DNA from: an uncultured Gemmatimonadaceae bacterium
GTDB lineage: Bacteria > Gemmatimonadota > Gemmatimonadetes > Gemmatimonadales > Gemmatimonadaceae
Direction of reading: 5' to 3'
Assembly (NCBI GenBank): GCA_963781585.1
Contig: CAWAGQ010000016.1
Span: forward strand, 1 to 64,000
Length of the DNA: 64,000 nt
The notes beneath the pieces were generated by a model. That model did not search any database and had not been told where the DNA came from. It was given only the letters and a program-made list of their open reading frames with translations. Made by a program: the position numbers and the translations under genes. Shown here in pieces: positions 16,797-28,914 of this stretch. The stretch's first letter is position 1, and each line of letters opens with the position of its first letter.

Positions 16797-18857
16797 ATGC
16801 GCGCGGCGTGGCATCCCACCCTCGGAGCGACCTGGAGCGGCGACCAGACCCGCTTCCGGGTCTGGGCGCCCGAGGCATCGCGGATGGAACTCGTGCTCGA
16901 GCCCCCTGACGGCGCGCACGCGCTCGACATGGATCGCGTCGATGGAGGCTACTTCGAGCTGGTCCACGAATCCGCCGTCCCGCGAAGCCTCTATCGGTTT
17001 CGCGTCGACGGACGCGGGCCGTTTCCCGATCCGGCCTCGCGATACCAGCCGCTGGGCGTACACGGACCGTCACAGGTCGTTGACCCCGGCGCCTATCGCT
17101 GGCATGACGCCGTGTGGAAGGGCGTGGGGCTGGCGGATCTGGTGCTGTACGAGCTGCACGTCGGCACCTTCACGCGGCAAGGTACCTTTCGCGCCGCAGC
17201 TGAGCGGCTGCCCCGATTGGTGGAGCTTGGCGTGACCGCGATCGAGCTGATGCCGGTCGCGGACTTTCCCGGCGATCGGAATTGGGGCTACGACGGGGTC
17301 GCGCTGTTCGCGCCCGCGCGTTGCTATGGCACGCCCGACGATCTCCGCGCGCTCATCGATACCGCGCACAGCGCGGGGCTCGCCGTGCACCTCGACGTCG
17401 TCTACAACCACTTCGGGCCCGACGGCGCCTACCAGGGCGCGTTCAGTCCATCATACTTCTCGCATCGCCATCGCAGCCCCTGGGGAGCCGGCATCAATTT
17501 CGACGGCCCGCGCTGCGAGGGCGTCAGGCACTACGTCGTGGAGAATGCGTTGCGATGGGTGCACGAGTATCACGTCGACGGCCTGCGCCTCGATGCAACC
17601 CACGCTATCGTCGACGAGGGTCCGCGCCACATCGTCGCTGAACTCGCAGCCGCCGTGCACGAATCAGAGCCCGCGCGCACTCGACGGGTGCTGGTCATCG
17701 CCGAAGACATGCGAAACCTGGCGCATCTCGTGAAGCCCGAGGCTGGGAGCGATGGTGAGCATCCCGGCACACCGGGATGGGGAGTGGATGCCGTCTGGTC
17801 GGACGACTTCCACCACCAGATGCGCGTCGCGCTGGCCGGCGATCGCGACGCCTGGTTCGGCGATTTCGACGGGACCACGGACGACATCGCGACCACCCTC
17901 TCCAACGGCTGGTTCTACTCCGGTCAGGTCGCCCCGCACTTCGCGCGCGCCCGCGGAACCGACTCGACCGGTGTGCCGATGTCGCGATTCGTCGTCTTCC
18001 TCCAGAACCACGATCAGGCCGGGAACCGCGCGATGGGCGACCGACTTCACCACGCCATCGACCCGGCGGCGTTCCGCGCCGCGTCGGTGCTGCTGCTTCT
18101 CGCCCCTGAAACGCCGCTCCTGTTCATGGGCCAGGAATGGGCGGCAAGTTCCCCCTTCCGATACTTCACCGACCATCACCCGGAACTGGGCCGCGCCGTG
18201 ACCGAGGGACGGCGGCGTGAGTTTCGACACTTCGCGGCCTTCTCCGATCCTGCGGCGAGCGCCTCGATCCCTGATCCGCAGGCGTGGGAGACGTTCGCCA
18301 CGAGCCGACTCGACTGGGAGGAGCGGTCCCACGAGCCTCACGCCGGCGTACTCCGCCTTCATCGGAGCCTGCTACGGCTGCGCCGGCTCGAGCCCGCCTG
18401 TCGCGCGGGGATGCTGGCCGGTGACCCGATGGCAGTGGCCGCGGGTCGCGACGTGATCGTCATGCGGCGTTCGACGCCGGGGGCGCGAGCGGTCGTCGCC
18501 ATTGTCTGTCTGCGTGGTGGTGTCACTGTTGACCTCGCGGACACCTGGACAGGACTTGTCGGCGAGGACCGGTTCTGGACGCCGCTCCTCACCACCGAGG
18601 ATCCGTCGTTCGCCACCGACGCGGCGCCGGTGGGCATCGATCAGCGGGCGAAACGAGTGGCATTCACCCGCCCCGGCGCGGTGGTCCTTGCGGGGCCGCG
18701 CGTGGACGCAGGGGCGTTTGGCGAGGAGTTGGACTTCACGCTGCACCACAGCATCTTGCGTTCGAGCGAGGCGGACCCACCGGATATCCCGGCCGCGCGT
18801 GTTCCGGTCGACTCCACGCCAGCCGGCCTGCCGCCGCCTTCCCCGTCATCCGACTGA
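16797..18857 (+). CDS. treZ: Malto-oligosyltrehalose trehalohydrolase
   Basis: FRVWAP, DPASR.QP.GVHGPS, YELHVGTF, NWGYDG, DVVYNHFGP, DGLRLDATHAI, QNHDQ.GNR and PLLFMGQEW motifs. Confidence 0.95.
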   Translation: MRAAWHPTLGATWSGDQTRFRVWAPEASRMELVLEPPDGAHALDMDRVDGGYFELVHESAVPRSLYRFRVDGRGPFPDPASRYQPLGVHGPSQVVDPGAYRWHDAVWKGVGLADLVLYELHVGTFTRQGTFRAAAERLPRLVELGVTAIELMPVADFPGDRNWGYDGVALFAPARCYGTPDDLRALIDTAHSAGLAVHLDVVYNHFGPDGAYQGAFSPSYFSHRHRSPWGAGINFDGPRCEGVRHYVVENALRWVHEYHVDGLRLDATHAIVDEGPRHIVAELAAAVHESEPARTRRVLVIAEDMRNLAHLVKPEAGSDGEHPGTPGWGVDAVWSDDFHHQMRVALAGDRDAWFGDFDGTTDDIATTLSNGWFYSGQVAPHFARARGTDSTGVPMSRFVVFLQNHDQAGNRAMGDRLHHAIDPAAFRAASVLLLLAPETPLLFMGQEWAASSPFRYFTDHHPELGRAVTEGRRREFRHFAAFSDPAASASIPDPQAWETFATSRLDWEERSHEPHAGVLRLHRSLLRLRRLEPACRAGMLAGDPMAVAAGRDVIVMRRSTPGARAVVAIVCLRGGVTVDLADTWTGLVGEDRFWTPLLTTEDPSFATDAAPVGIDQRAKRVAFTRPGAVVLAGPRVDAGAFGEELDFTLHHSILRSSEADPPDIPAARVPVDSTPAGLPPPSPSSD

Positions 18858-18884
18858 CGTGCCCTGTGCACGAGTACCTCATCC

Positions 18885-22235
<3,351 letters not shown>

Positions 22236-22394
22236 GGGCGTCCGGCGGGTGTGACGCCGGAGATCGCCGGGGATGGGCATCGCCAACAGCGCCGCGCTCT
22301 CCGACCGCGCGAAACCTTTCGCCACGCGACCCGGTTTGTCTGCCGCGCATCCGCGGTGCAGAATGTGCGACCAACCCCAGACGCCGAGTCTCCC

Positions 22395-23504
22395 ATGACC
22401 GCCGCTTCCCCCGACTGGCACGATCTTGGCGCCGACGACGACTTCCGTCGGAGCCCCGTCACCGCCGCACACATCGGCCGCCTCCGACTCGCCGTGACGT
22501 GCCGGGATGGCGAATTCGGCGTCATCTCCGGCGTGTGCAACCACAAGGGCGGCCCGTTAGGCGAGGGACGGTTGATCGGCGACTACGTGAACTGCCCGTG
22601 GCACAACTACAAGTACCATCGGACAACCGGTCTCGGCGAACCGGGCTACGAGGGGGACGCGGCGCCGGCCTACCAGGTGAAGGTCGAGAGCGGACGGTTG
22701 CTGGTGGACCTGGCGTCGGGCACCAAACGCACCCACCTCCACCACGATCCGCATCCGCTCTCCCGCCCGATCGAGCGCGCCCCCGGCCGCGTGCGCGTGG
22801 CCGGCATTTCGACCACCAACATGGACGTCGCCAATCCGCGGTACTCCACGTCCGACGCCCTGCTCGACGTTGCGCTCGACTACGCCGGCCGGGAACTGGA
22901 CGTCGAGACCCGCCTGGTCCGGCTCGCCACCCTCCAGTTCCGCCAGTGCGAGGGCTACTACTCCAAGAGCGCGCACGCCTGCACCTGGCCCTGCTCCATC
23001 ACGGAGATGGATCCCGCCGACCAGATGGCCGAGGTGTACGAGGCGGTCGTGCACTGGGCGGATGTCATTCTGGTCGCGACGCCCATCCGGTGGGGAAATG
23101 CGTCAGCGCTCTACTACAAGATGGTCGAGCGGATGAACTGCGTGCAGAATCAGGTCACGATCAACAATCGCGTCCTGGTGCGGAACAAGGTCGCGTCGTT
23201 CATCATCACCGGCGGTCAGGACAACGTGCAGATGGTCGCCGGCCAGATGCTCATGTTCTTCTCGGAAATCGGCTGCCACTTTCCGCAGTTTCCGTTCATC
23301 GCGCATTCGCGGGGGTGGAGCGCCGAGGACATGGAACACAACATCGACTTCGTGATGATGAGCGATGATCTGCGCGAAGGGGCGCGGATGCTGGTCGCCC
23401 GCGCGGTCGATATGGCGCACCTGCTGCTCGAGCACGAGAAGGCGCCCCATGTGGTGGCGCGCGGCGGACGGAAGGCGCACCAGTTGACGCTGACGGGTGG
23501 GTGA
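22395..23504 (+). CDS. Rieske [2Fe-2S] domain fused to NAD(P)H-dependent FMN reductase/iron-sulfur flavoprotein-like domain
   Basis: CNH...CPWH Rieske ligands; flavodoxin fold with ATPIRWG and a CEGYYSK..CTWPC Cys cluster. Confidence 0.85.
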   Translation: MTAASPDWHDLGADDDFRRSPVTAAHIGRLRLAVTCRDGEFGVISGVCNHKGGPLGEGRLIGDYVNCPWHNYKYHRTTGLGEPGYEGDAAPAYQVKVESGRLLVDLASGTKRTHLHHDPHPLSRPIERAPGRVRVAGISTTNMDVANPRYSTSDALLDVALDYAGRELDVETRLVRLATLQFRQCEGYYSKSAHACTWPCSITEMDPADQMAEVYEAVVHWADVILVATPIRWGNASALYYKMVERMNCVQNQVTINNRVLVRNKVASFIITGGQDNVQMVAGQMLMFFSEIGCHFPQFPFIAHSRGWSAEDMEHNIDFVMMSDDLREGARMLVARAVDMAHLLLEHEKAPHVVARGGRKAHQLTLTGG

Positions 23505-23510
23505 GGTGCG

Positions 23511-24380
23511 CTACACGGCCGTCAGCACTCTCCGGCACGACTCCATCGCCGCCTCCACGTAGGCCGTCACGGGCGCCCGCTGCCCGGCGTCCGGCGCCAA
23601 CGTCACGAGCTCGGTGAGCGTCAGGACACCGCCCACCCAGCCGGTGGTGTGCCAGTGCCCCAGTGGGAGCGGGCCCAGCGTGGCGGGGTCGGGATGCGGA
23701 TACGGCCCCACGTAGAAGTACGGCTCCTGATAGGAATCGTCGCCCGGCGACAGCCCCACGCCGATGGTCCGTCCCGAACCGTCGGAGGCCGGCGGCAAGG
23801 TGACCAGCGTGGCCAGGTCGAAATGGTGTGGCCAGCACCGCGTGGGCGACGCGCCCGGGGTGCGCGACTCGATCGCCGACGCCACCAGCCAGGCGTCGTG
23901 GTAGGCGCCTGCCAGGACTTCGAACGCGGCAGCGTCGCCGCGCTGCCAGGGAGCGCCGGTGGCCACCGCATGGGCCGGTATCTCGTAGTGCTTCTTCGTC
24001 GTTAGGCGCACGGGATCGAGCCCCTGACGCTTCAGCTCACTCGACAGCCACTGGAGCGCCTGCGGCAGCGCCTTCCCGTCCAGCGGGAACGAGGACCGCA
24101 CCACGTCGCCCGCCAGCGACAGGAGTGTGAGATCGTGCACCCGGAGCGCAAAACGGAGACCGACCGCATCGGCGATGACGTTGGTAGCCAGCGCCCGCCA
24201 CTGCGGAAGCCACTCCATGTTGGTGTGGCTGTCATCGGCCCTGGCCGGCAGGTACGAGATCGCCGCCGACACGTTGATCTGGGCGGCGTGGTGCAGCTGC
24301 AGCCGCGCGTCCGTCAGCCGCGCGGCAGCGATCACCGTCAGCGTGCGCCAGTCGTCGCCGCGCGTACGCAATTCCGACAT
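23511..24380 (-). CDS. Conserved hypothetical protein (DUF5996-like)
   Basis: DDSHTN, WPHHFDLA and GLSPGD..Y.EPYFYV.P motifs. Confidence 0.7.
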   Translation of the reverse strand: MSELRTRGDDWRTLTVIAAARLTDARLQLHHAAQINVSAAISYLPARADDSHTNMEWLPQWRALATNVIADAVGLRFALRVHDLTLLSLAGDVVRSSFPLDGKALPQALQWLSSELKRQGLDPVRLTTKKHYEIPAHAVATGAPWQRGDAAAFEVLAGAYHDAWLVASAIESRTPGASPTRCWPHHFDLATLVTLPPASDGSGRTIGVGLSPGDDSYQEPYFYVGPYPHPDPATLGPLPLGHWHTTGWVGGVLTLTELVTLAPDAGQRAPVTAYVEAAMESCRRVLTAV

Positions 24381-24626
24381 GCTCCTCCCGTGTGCGAGTG
24401 AGCCCGCGGCCGAACGAACCGTGCTCGACCCCGGCTGGTTCCCGCCAACTCCCGCCCCGGTTCGCTGCGTGGAACCTTGCTCTATCGTCCCGGGTTTCCT
24501 GCAGTGCGCGCTGGCGGAGCGTCGCCATTCCGGCTGGCGTATCGGCGCAGCGGCCACCATAGTTGCCGTCCGCTTCGCGCCCGTCCGCTCGCCTCTTCCA
24601 CGCCTCCCCTTCCGACTCAGTCCGGG

Positions 24627-25937
24627 ATGAGCATTTCTGCGCCCTCGACCACGCAGGCGCTCCTCGCGTTGCTCGACGAGGCGCGCCGGCGTACGCTCGA
24701 GCTCATCACGCCGCTCTCCGATGAGGATCTGCGCCTTCAGCACGATCCGTTGATGAGTCCGGTGCTGTGGGATCTGGGGCACATCGCGCACTTCGAGGAG
24801 CTGTGGCTCACGCAGAACCTCGACGGCGCGATCCGTTTTGCCGAGATGCCGGGGATGTACAATCCGTTCGAGCATCCGCGACGGGTGCGGGATCAGCTGG
24901 TCTACCCCACGCGCGACGAGTGCGTCGCCCTGATGGCCGGGATACGCGACCGCGTGCTCGCGAAGCTCGACCACGTGGATTTCGACTCCGATCACCCGCT
25001 GCTCCGCGATGGCTACGTGGTACGGATGGTGGCGCAGCACGAATACCAGCACGGCGAGACCATCCTGCAGACGCTCCAGCTCAAGCAGGGCGCGCCGTAC
25101 CGGCCGGCGGCGCGCCGCCCCGAGCCCGAGGCGCAGCTCCACGTCCCGTTAGGCGCCATGGTCCGCTTTCCCGGCGGGCCGGTGACCATCGGCACCGACG
25201 ATCGCAGCGCGGCGTATGACAACGAGCGGCCACGCCATGCGGTGGACGTGCCGCCATTCCTGATCGACGTCGCCCCGGTGCGGAACGCGGAATACCTGGC
25301 GTTCGTGAACGACCGGGGATATCGCCGCCGGGACCTGTGGACCGAGGCCGGATGGCAATGGCGTGTAGCCTCCGGCGCCGAGTCGCCGCAATACTGGTTC
25401 CGCCGCGACGACGGGTGGCAGACCCGGGTGCTGGATCGCACCGGTCCCGTGCCCCCCGATCATCCGGTATGTCACGTCTGCTATCACGAGGCCGAGGCGT
25501 ATGCCCGGTGGGCGGGCAAGCGCCTGCCCACGGAGCGGGAATGGGAGACCGCCGCCTCGTGGAGCCCCGACACCGGCATCGCACGCCGCTTCCCCTGGGG
25601 CGACGAGGACCCGGATCCGGAGCTCGCCGCGATCGACCAGCTCGGCTTCGGCACCGCCCCGGTGGGCGCGTTTCCGCGGAACGTCTCCCCGTTAGGCTGC
25701 TACGGCATGATCGGCGACGTGTGGGAATGGACCGCCACCGACTTCCACGGTTATCCGGGCTTCGCGGCCTTCCCGTATCCGGAGTATTCGGAGGTGTTCT
25801 TCGGCAGCGAGTACAAGGTGCTGCGAGGCGGATCGTGGGCCACCCGACCCGGCGCGATCCGCAACACGTTCCGCAACTGGGACTACCCCATCCGCCGCCA
25901 GATCTTCAGCGGGTTTCGCTGCGCGCGCGATGACTAG
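24627..25937 (+). CDS. egtB: Ergothioneine biosynthesis sulfoxide synthase (type I EgtB)
   Basis: DinB-like domain with WDLGH...QHEYQH iron ligands, RxxR (PRRVR), FGE-sulfatase domain (RLPTEREWE), PYPEYS and C-terminal RNWDYPIRRQIFSGFRC. Confidence 0.93.
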   Translation: MSISAPSTTQALLALLDEARRRTLELITPLSDEDLRLQHDPLMSPVLWDLGHIAHFEELWLTQNLDGAIRFAEMPGMYNPFEHPRRVRDQLVYPTRDECVALMAGIRDRVLAKLDHVDFDSDHPLLRDGYVVRMVAQHEYQHGETILQTLQLKQGAPYRPAARRPEPEAQLHVPLGAMVRFPGGPVTIGTDDRSAAYDNERPRHAVDVPPFLIDVAPVRNAEYLAFVNDRGYRRRDLWTEAGWQWRVASGAESPQYWFRRDDGWQTRVLDRTGPVPPDHPVCHVCYHEAEAYARWAGKRLPTEREWETAASWSPDTGIARRFPWGDEDPDPELAAIDQLGFGTAPVGAFPRNVSPLGCYGMIGDVWEWTATDFHGYPGFAAFPYPEYSEVFFGSEYKVLRGGSWATRPGAIRNTFRNWDYPIRRQIFSGFRCARDD

Positions 25938-26910
25938 TCTCAGCCTGCCGTCGCTCGCCGGCGAGAGCGAGCTTCTTCGCGACGTGCGGCGCGGCCTCAC
26001 CAGACCGCAGAAGGAGTTGCCACCCAAGTACTTCTATGACCACCGCGGGTCGATGCTCTTCGAGGCCATCACCCGGCTCCCCGAATACTACCTGACCCGC
26101 GTGGAACGCCGGCTGCTGCGGCAGTGGATGCCCGCGTTCATGCGCCGCCTGCGGCCGGCGGCGCTGGTGGAGCTGGGCGCCGGCAGCGGCGAGAAAACGC
26201 GCATCATCCTCCGCGCCATGCGCGACACCGGACGGGGATGCACGTACCTCCCGATCGACGTCAGCGCCGAATACCTCGACGCCAGCGCGGCGCGGCTGCG
26301 ATCGGAACTTCCCGGCCTCGACATCCGCCCGGTGATCGCCGATTTCACCGGCGACCTCGCGCATCTGCTGCCGCCGTTCCGGCGCGAGCCGCACGTGTTC
26401 GCCTTCCTCGGCAGCACCATCGGCAACTTCGATCGCGCCGCCGCCGTCAACGTCCTCGGCACCGTGCGCCGGGCGATGCATGCCGATGATCGGATGCTCC
26501 TCGGCGCCGATCTCCGGACCAAGCCGGTTGAACGGATCGAGCGCGCCTACAACGACGCGGTCGGGATCACCGCCGAGTTCAACCTCAACATGCTCCGCGT
26601 CCTGAACCGCGAACTCGGGGCCGACTTCGACGAGACGCGCTTTCGCCACAAAGCCTTCTGGTCGTGGTCCTGCCACCGCATCGAGATGCACCTCGAGGCG
26701 ACCGAGGCGCAGGTCGCCGCGATCCCGGGGCTGGGGAGCGTCCGCGTGCGGAAGGGCGAGACGATCCGCACCGAGATCTGCTGCAAATACGACCGTCCCG
26801 AACTCGATGGGATGCTGCGTGACGCCGGACTCGCCGCGGAATCGTGGTGGGTCGATCCGGTGGATCAGTACGCCCTCCTCGTCGCCGCCGCGCAAGGTGG
26901 TGAACCATGA
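25930..26910 (+). CDS. egtD: L-histidine N-alpha-methyltransferase
   Basis: KELPPKYFYD..GS.LFEAIT.LPEYYLTR, ELGAGSGEKT, FLGSTIGN and AYND..GITAEFN motifs. Confidence 0.96.
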   Translation: MTSLSLPSLAGESELLRDVRRGLTRPQKELPPKYFYDHRGSMLFEAITRLPEYYLTRVERRLLRQWMPAFMRRLRPAALVELGAGSGEKTRIILRAMRDTGRGCTYLPIDVSAEYLDASAARLRSELPGLDIRPVIADFTGDLAHLLPPFRREPHVFAFLGSTIGNFDRAAAVNVLGTVRRAMHADDRMLLGADLRTKPVERIERAYNDAVGITAEFNLNMLRVLNRELGADFDETRFRHKAFWSWSCHRIEMHLEATEAQVAAIPGLGSVRVRKGETIRTEICCKYDRPELDGMLRDAGLAAESWWVDPVDQYALLVAAAQGGEP

Positions 26911-28163
26911 TCGACGACGCCCTGCTGCGACCCTTCGTCGAGCAGCTCCGGCGTGAGGCGTTTGCCCTCGATGGCTGGCGCAGGGGCCCCGAACTGGTGG
27001 GCGCCGAGGTGGAATTCATTCCGGTGCATGACGAGTCGGGGCGAATTGCCGCGATCGACTCGCCAGACGAACCGTCCACGCTGCCGGTGCTGCGCACCCT
27101 GGCGCCGCGTTTCGGATGGAGCGAGCACCGATCGGCGAAGGCCGGGGTGCCCGAACTCCGGACACCGAATGGCGGACGTCTCACGTTCGAGCCGGGTGGC
27201 CAGCTGGAGTACGCCGCCGCGCCGCGTGCCTCGGTGAGCGCGCTCCTCGGCGATCTGCGTGACGTCGCGGCCGCACTCCGGGAATGGTGCGCGCGCTCCG
27301 GAATCACCCTGCTGAGTTGCGGCATCGATCCCCTGAACGACATCGGCGATGTCCCGATGCAGCTCCACGCCGGGCGGTACCGTCGCATGGACCGTCATTT
27401 CGCGTCCATCGGACCGGACGGCGCGCGCATGATGCGGCAGACCGCATCCATTCAGATTTCGCTCGACGCCGGAGCGCGGCCGCTGGAACGCTGGCGACTG
27501 CTCAACGCCCTGGCCCCATACCTCGTCGCCATGTTCGGCAACTCACCGGTCTACGCCGGGGAGTCGACCGGACATCAGAGCGAGCGCCGACGGGTGTGGG
27601 GCGCGCTCGACCCCGATCGCACCGGGTTGGCGTTCGACGAGGCAGCGCCGGTGACGGCCTACGCGCGGTTCGCGATGCGCGCCGGAGCGATCCTGCTCGG
27701 CGACGAGTCGGAGCCGAGCCGCCCGTTCGCCGATCACGTGCGACGCGCGGGAGCCGGGATCGCCGAGTGGCGCGCCCATCTCACCACGCTGTTTCCCGAA
27801 GTGCGCCCACGCGGCTACTTCGAGATCCGGTCGACCGATGCCCTCGACCCGGCGTGGTACGCGGCACCGCTCGTTCTGCTCGCCGGGCTTGCGCAGGATC
27901 CGGAGGCGGCAGGCACGGCCGCCGAGATCGCGGGCGCGCCCGATCCGGAGCTGCTGGAGCGCGCCGGGCGTTGGGGGCTGGGCGATCCGCACCTCGCCGG
28001 GGGCGCCGCCCGTCTCGCCAGGCTCGCGCTCACGGCGGGCGCGGCGTTAGGCGACGGGGTCATCCAGGTCGCCGACCTCGAGACGGCGCGCGCGTTCTTC
28101 GAACGCTACACCTGGCGGGGGCGGTCGCCGGCCGGCGATTTGCCCGCTCACGCGGTGGTGTGA
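26907..28163 (+). CDS. egtA: Glutamate--cysteine ligase (GCS2 family)
   Basis: VGAEVE, TFEPGGQLE, MMRQTASIQ, FGNSP and HLTTLFPEVRPRGYFEIR motifs; ATGA-coupled to egtD. Confidence 0.9.
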   Translation: MIDDALLRPFVEQLRREAFALDGWRRGPELVGAEVEFIPVHDESGRIAAIDSPDEPSTLPVLRTLAPRFGWSEHRSAKAGVPELRTPNGGRLTFEPGGQLEYAAAPRASVSALLGDLRDVAAALREWCARSGITLLSCGIDPLNDIGDVPMQLHAGRYRRMDRHFASIGPDGARMMRQTASIQISLDAGARPLERWRLLNALAPYLVAMFGNSPVYAGESTGHQSERRRVWGALDPDRTGLAFDEAAPVTAYARFAMRAGAILLGDESEPSRPFADHVRRAGAGIAEWRAHLTTLFPEVRPRGYFEIRSTDALDPAWYAAPLVLLAGLAQDPEAAGTAAEIAGAPDPELLERAGRWGLGDPHLAGGAARLARLALTAGAALGDGVIQVADLETARAFFERYTWRGRSPAGDLPAHAVV

Positions 28164-28912
28164 GCCAGCCGGATATCGTCCTCCGCGCCGACGCGGTGGG
28201 CAAGCGTTACGCGGGAATCACGGCACTCGACGGCGCGTCGGTGTCGGTCCGGCGCGGAGCGTGTTTGGCTCTGGTTGGCGAAAGTGGCTCCGGGAAGACC
28301 ACGCTGCTTCGCTGCTTCAACGGCATGGTCGTCCCCGATAACGGCGACGTGCTGGTCGACGGCGCACTGGTTCGACGGCTTGACGGTGTGATGCTCCGAC
28401 GGCGGGTGGGCTACGTGCCGCAGGACGGCGGCCTGATGCCCCACTGGCGCGTCCTGCGCAACGTGGCGCTGGTGCCCTGGCTGCGGGATGCCTCCGACCC
28501 GCGTGCCCAGGGGCGCGACGCGCTCCGCCTGGTGGGGCTCGATCCCGACCGCTTCGCGCGGCGGTGGCCGGGAGAGCTGTCCGGGGGGCAGCGCCAGCGC
28601 GTCGCACTCGCCCGGGCGCTCGCCGCCCGTCCGGATGTCGTGCTGCTCGACGAGCCGTTTGGCGCGCTCGACGCCATTACCCGAAGCGACCTCCAGCATG
28701 CGTTCCACGCCCTGCGCCGGGAGCTGGGACTCACGGCCATGCTCGTCACCCACGACCTCCGCGAAGCGCTGCTGCTGGCCGACGAGATCGCGGTGATGCG
28801 CGCCGGTCGCGTGGAGCAGATCGCCGGGCCGGACGAGCTTCTGGAGTACCCGGCCACGGCCTACGTGGCGCGACTGCTGCGGAGGGCTGACGTAGTGGCC
28901 CCGGGGAGATAG
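28160..28912 (+). CDS. ABC transporter ATP-binding subunit (OpuA/ProV/EgtU-type)
   Basis: GESGSGKT, LSGGQRQR, LLDEPFGALD, VTHD; GTG start overlaps the egtA stop; no CBS domains. Confidence 0.92.
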   Translation: MSQPDIVLRADAVGKRYAGITALDGASVSVRRGACLALVGESGSGKTTLLRCFNGMVVPDNGDVLVDGALVRRLDGVMLRRRVGYVPQDGGLMPHWRVLRNVALVPWLRDASDPRAQGRDALRLVGLDPDRFARRWPGELSGGQRQRVALARALAARPDVVLLDEPFGALDAITRSDLQHAFHALRRELGLTAMLVTHDLREALLLADEIAVMRAGRVEQIAGPDELLEYPATAYVARLLRRADVVAPGR

Positions 28913-28914
28913 CG

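Noticed and set aside
24627..25937. Selenoneine (senABC) or ovothiol (ovoA) cluster
   Set aside because: No selD/senB neighbour and no C-terminal methyltransferase; egtA and type I motifs indicate ergothioneine
27284..28159. Long N-terminal extension of the ABC ATPase
   Set aside because: Alternative frame inside egtA; the real start is the GTG at 28160
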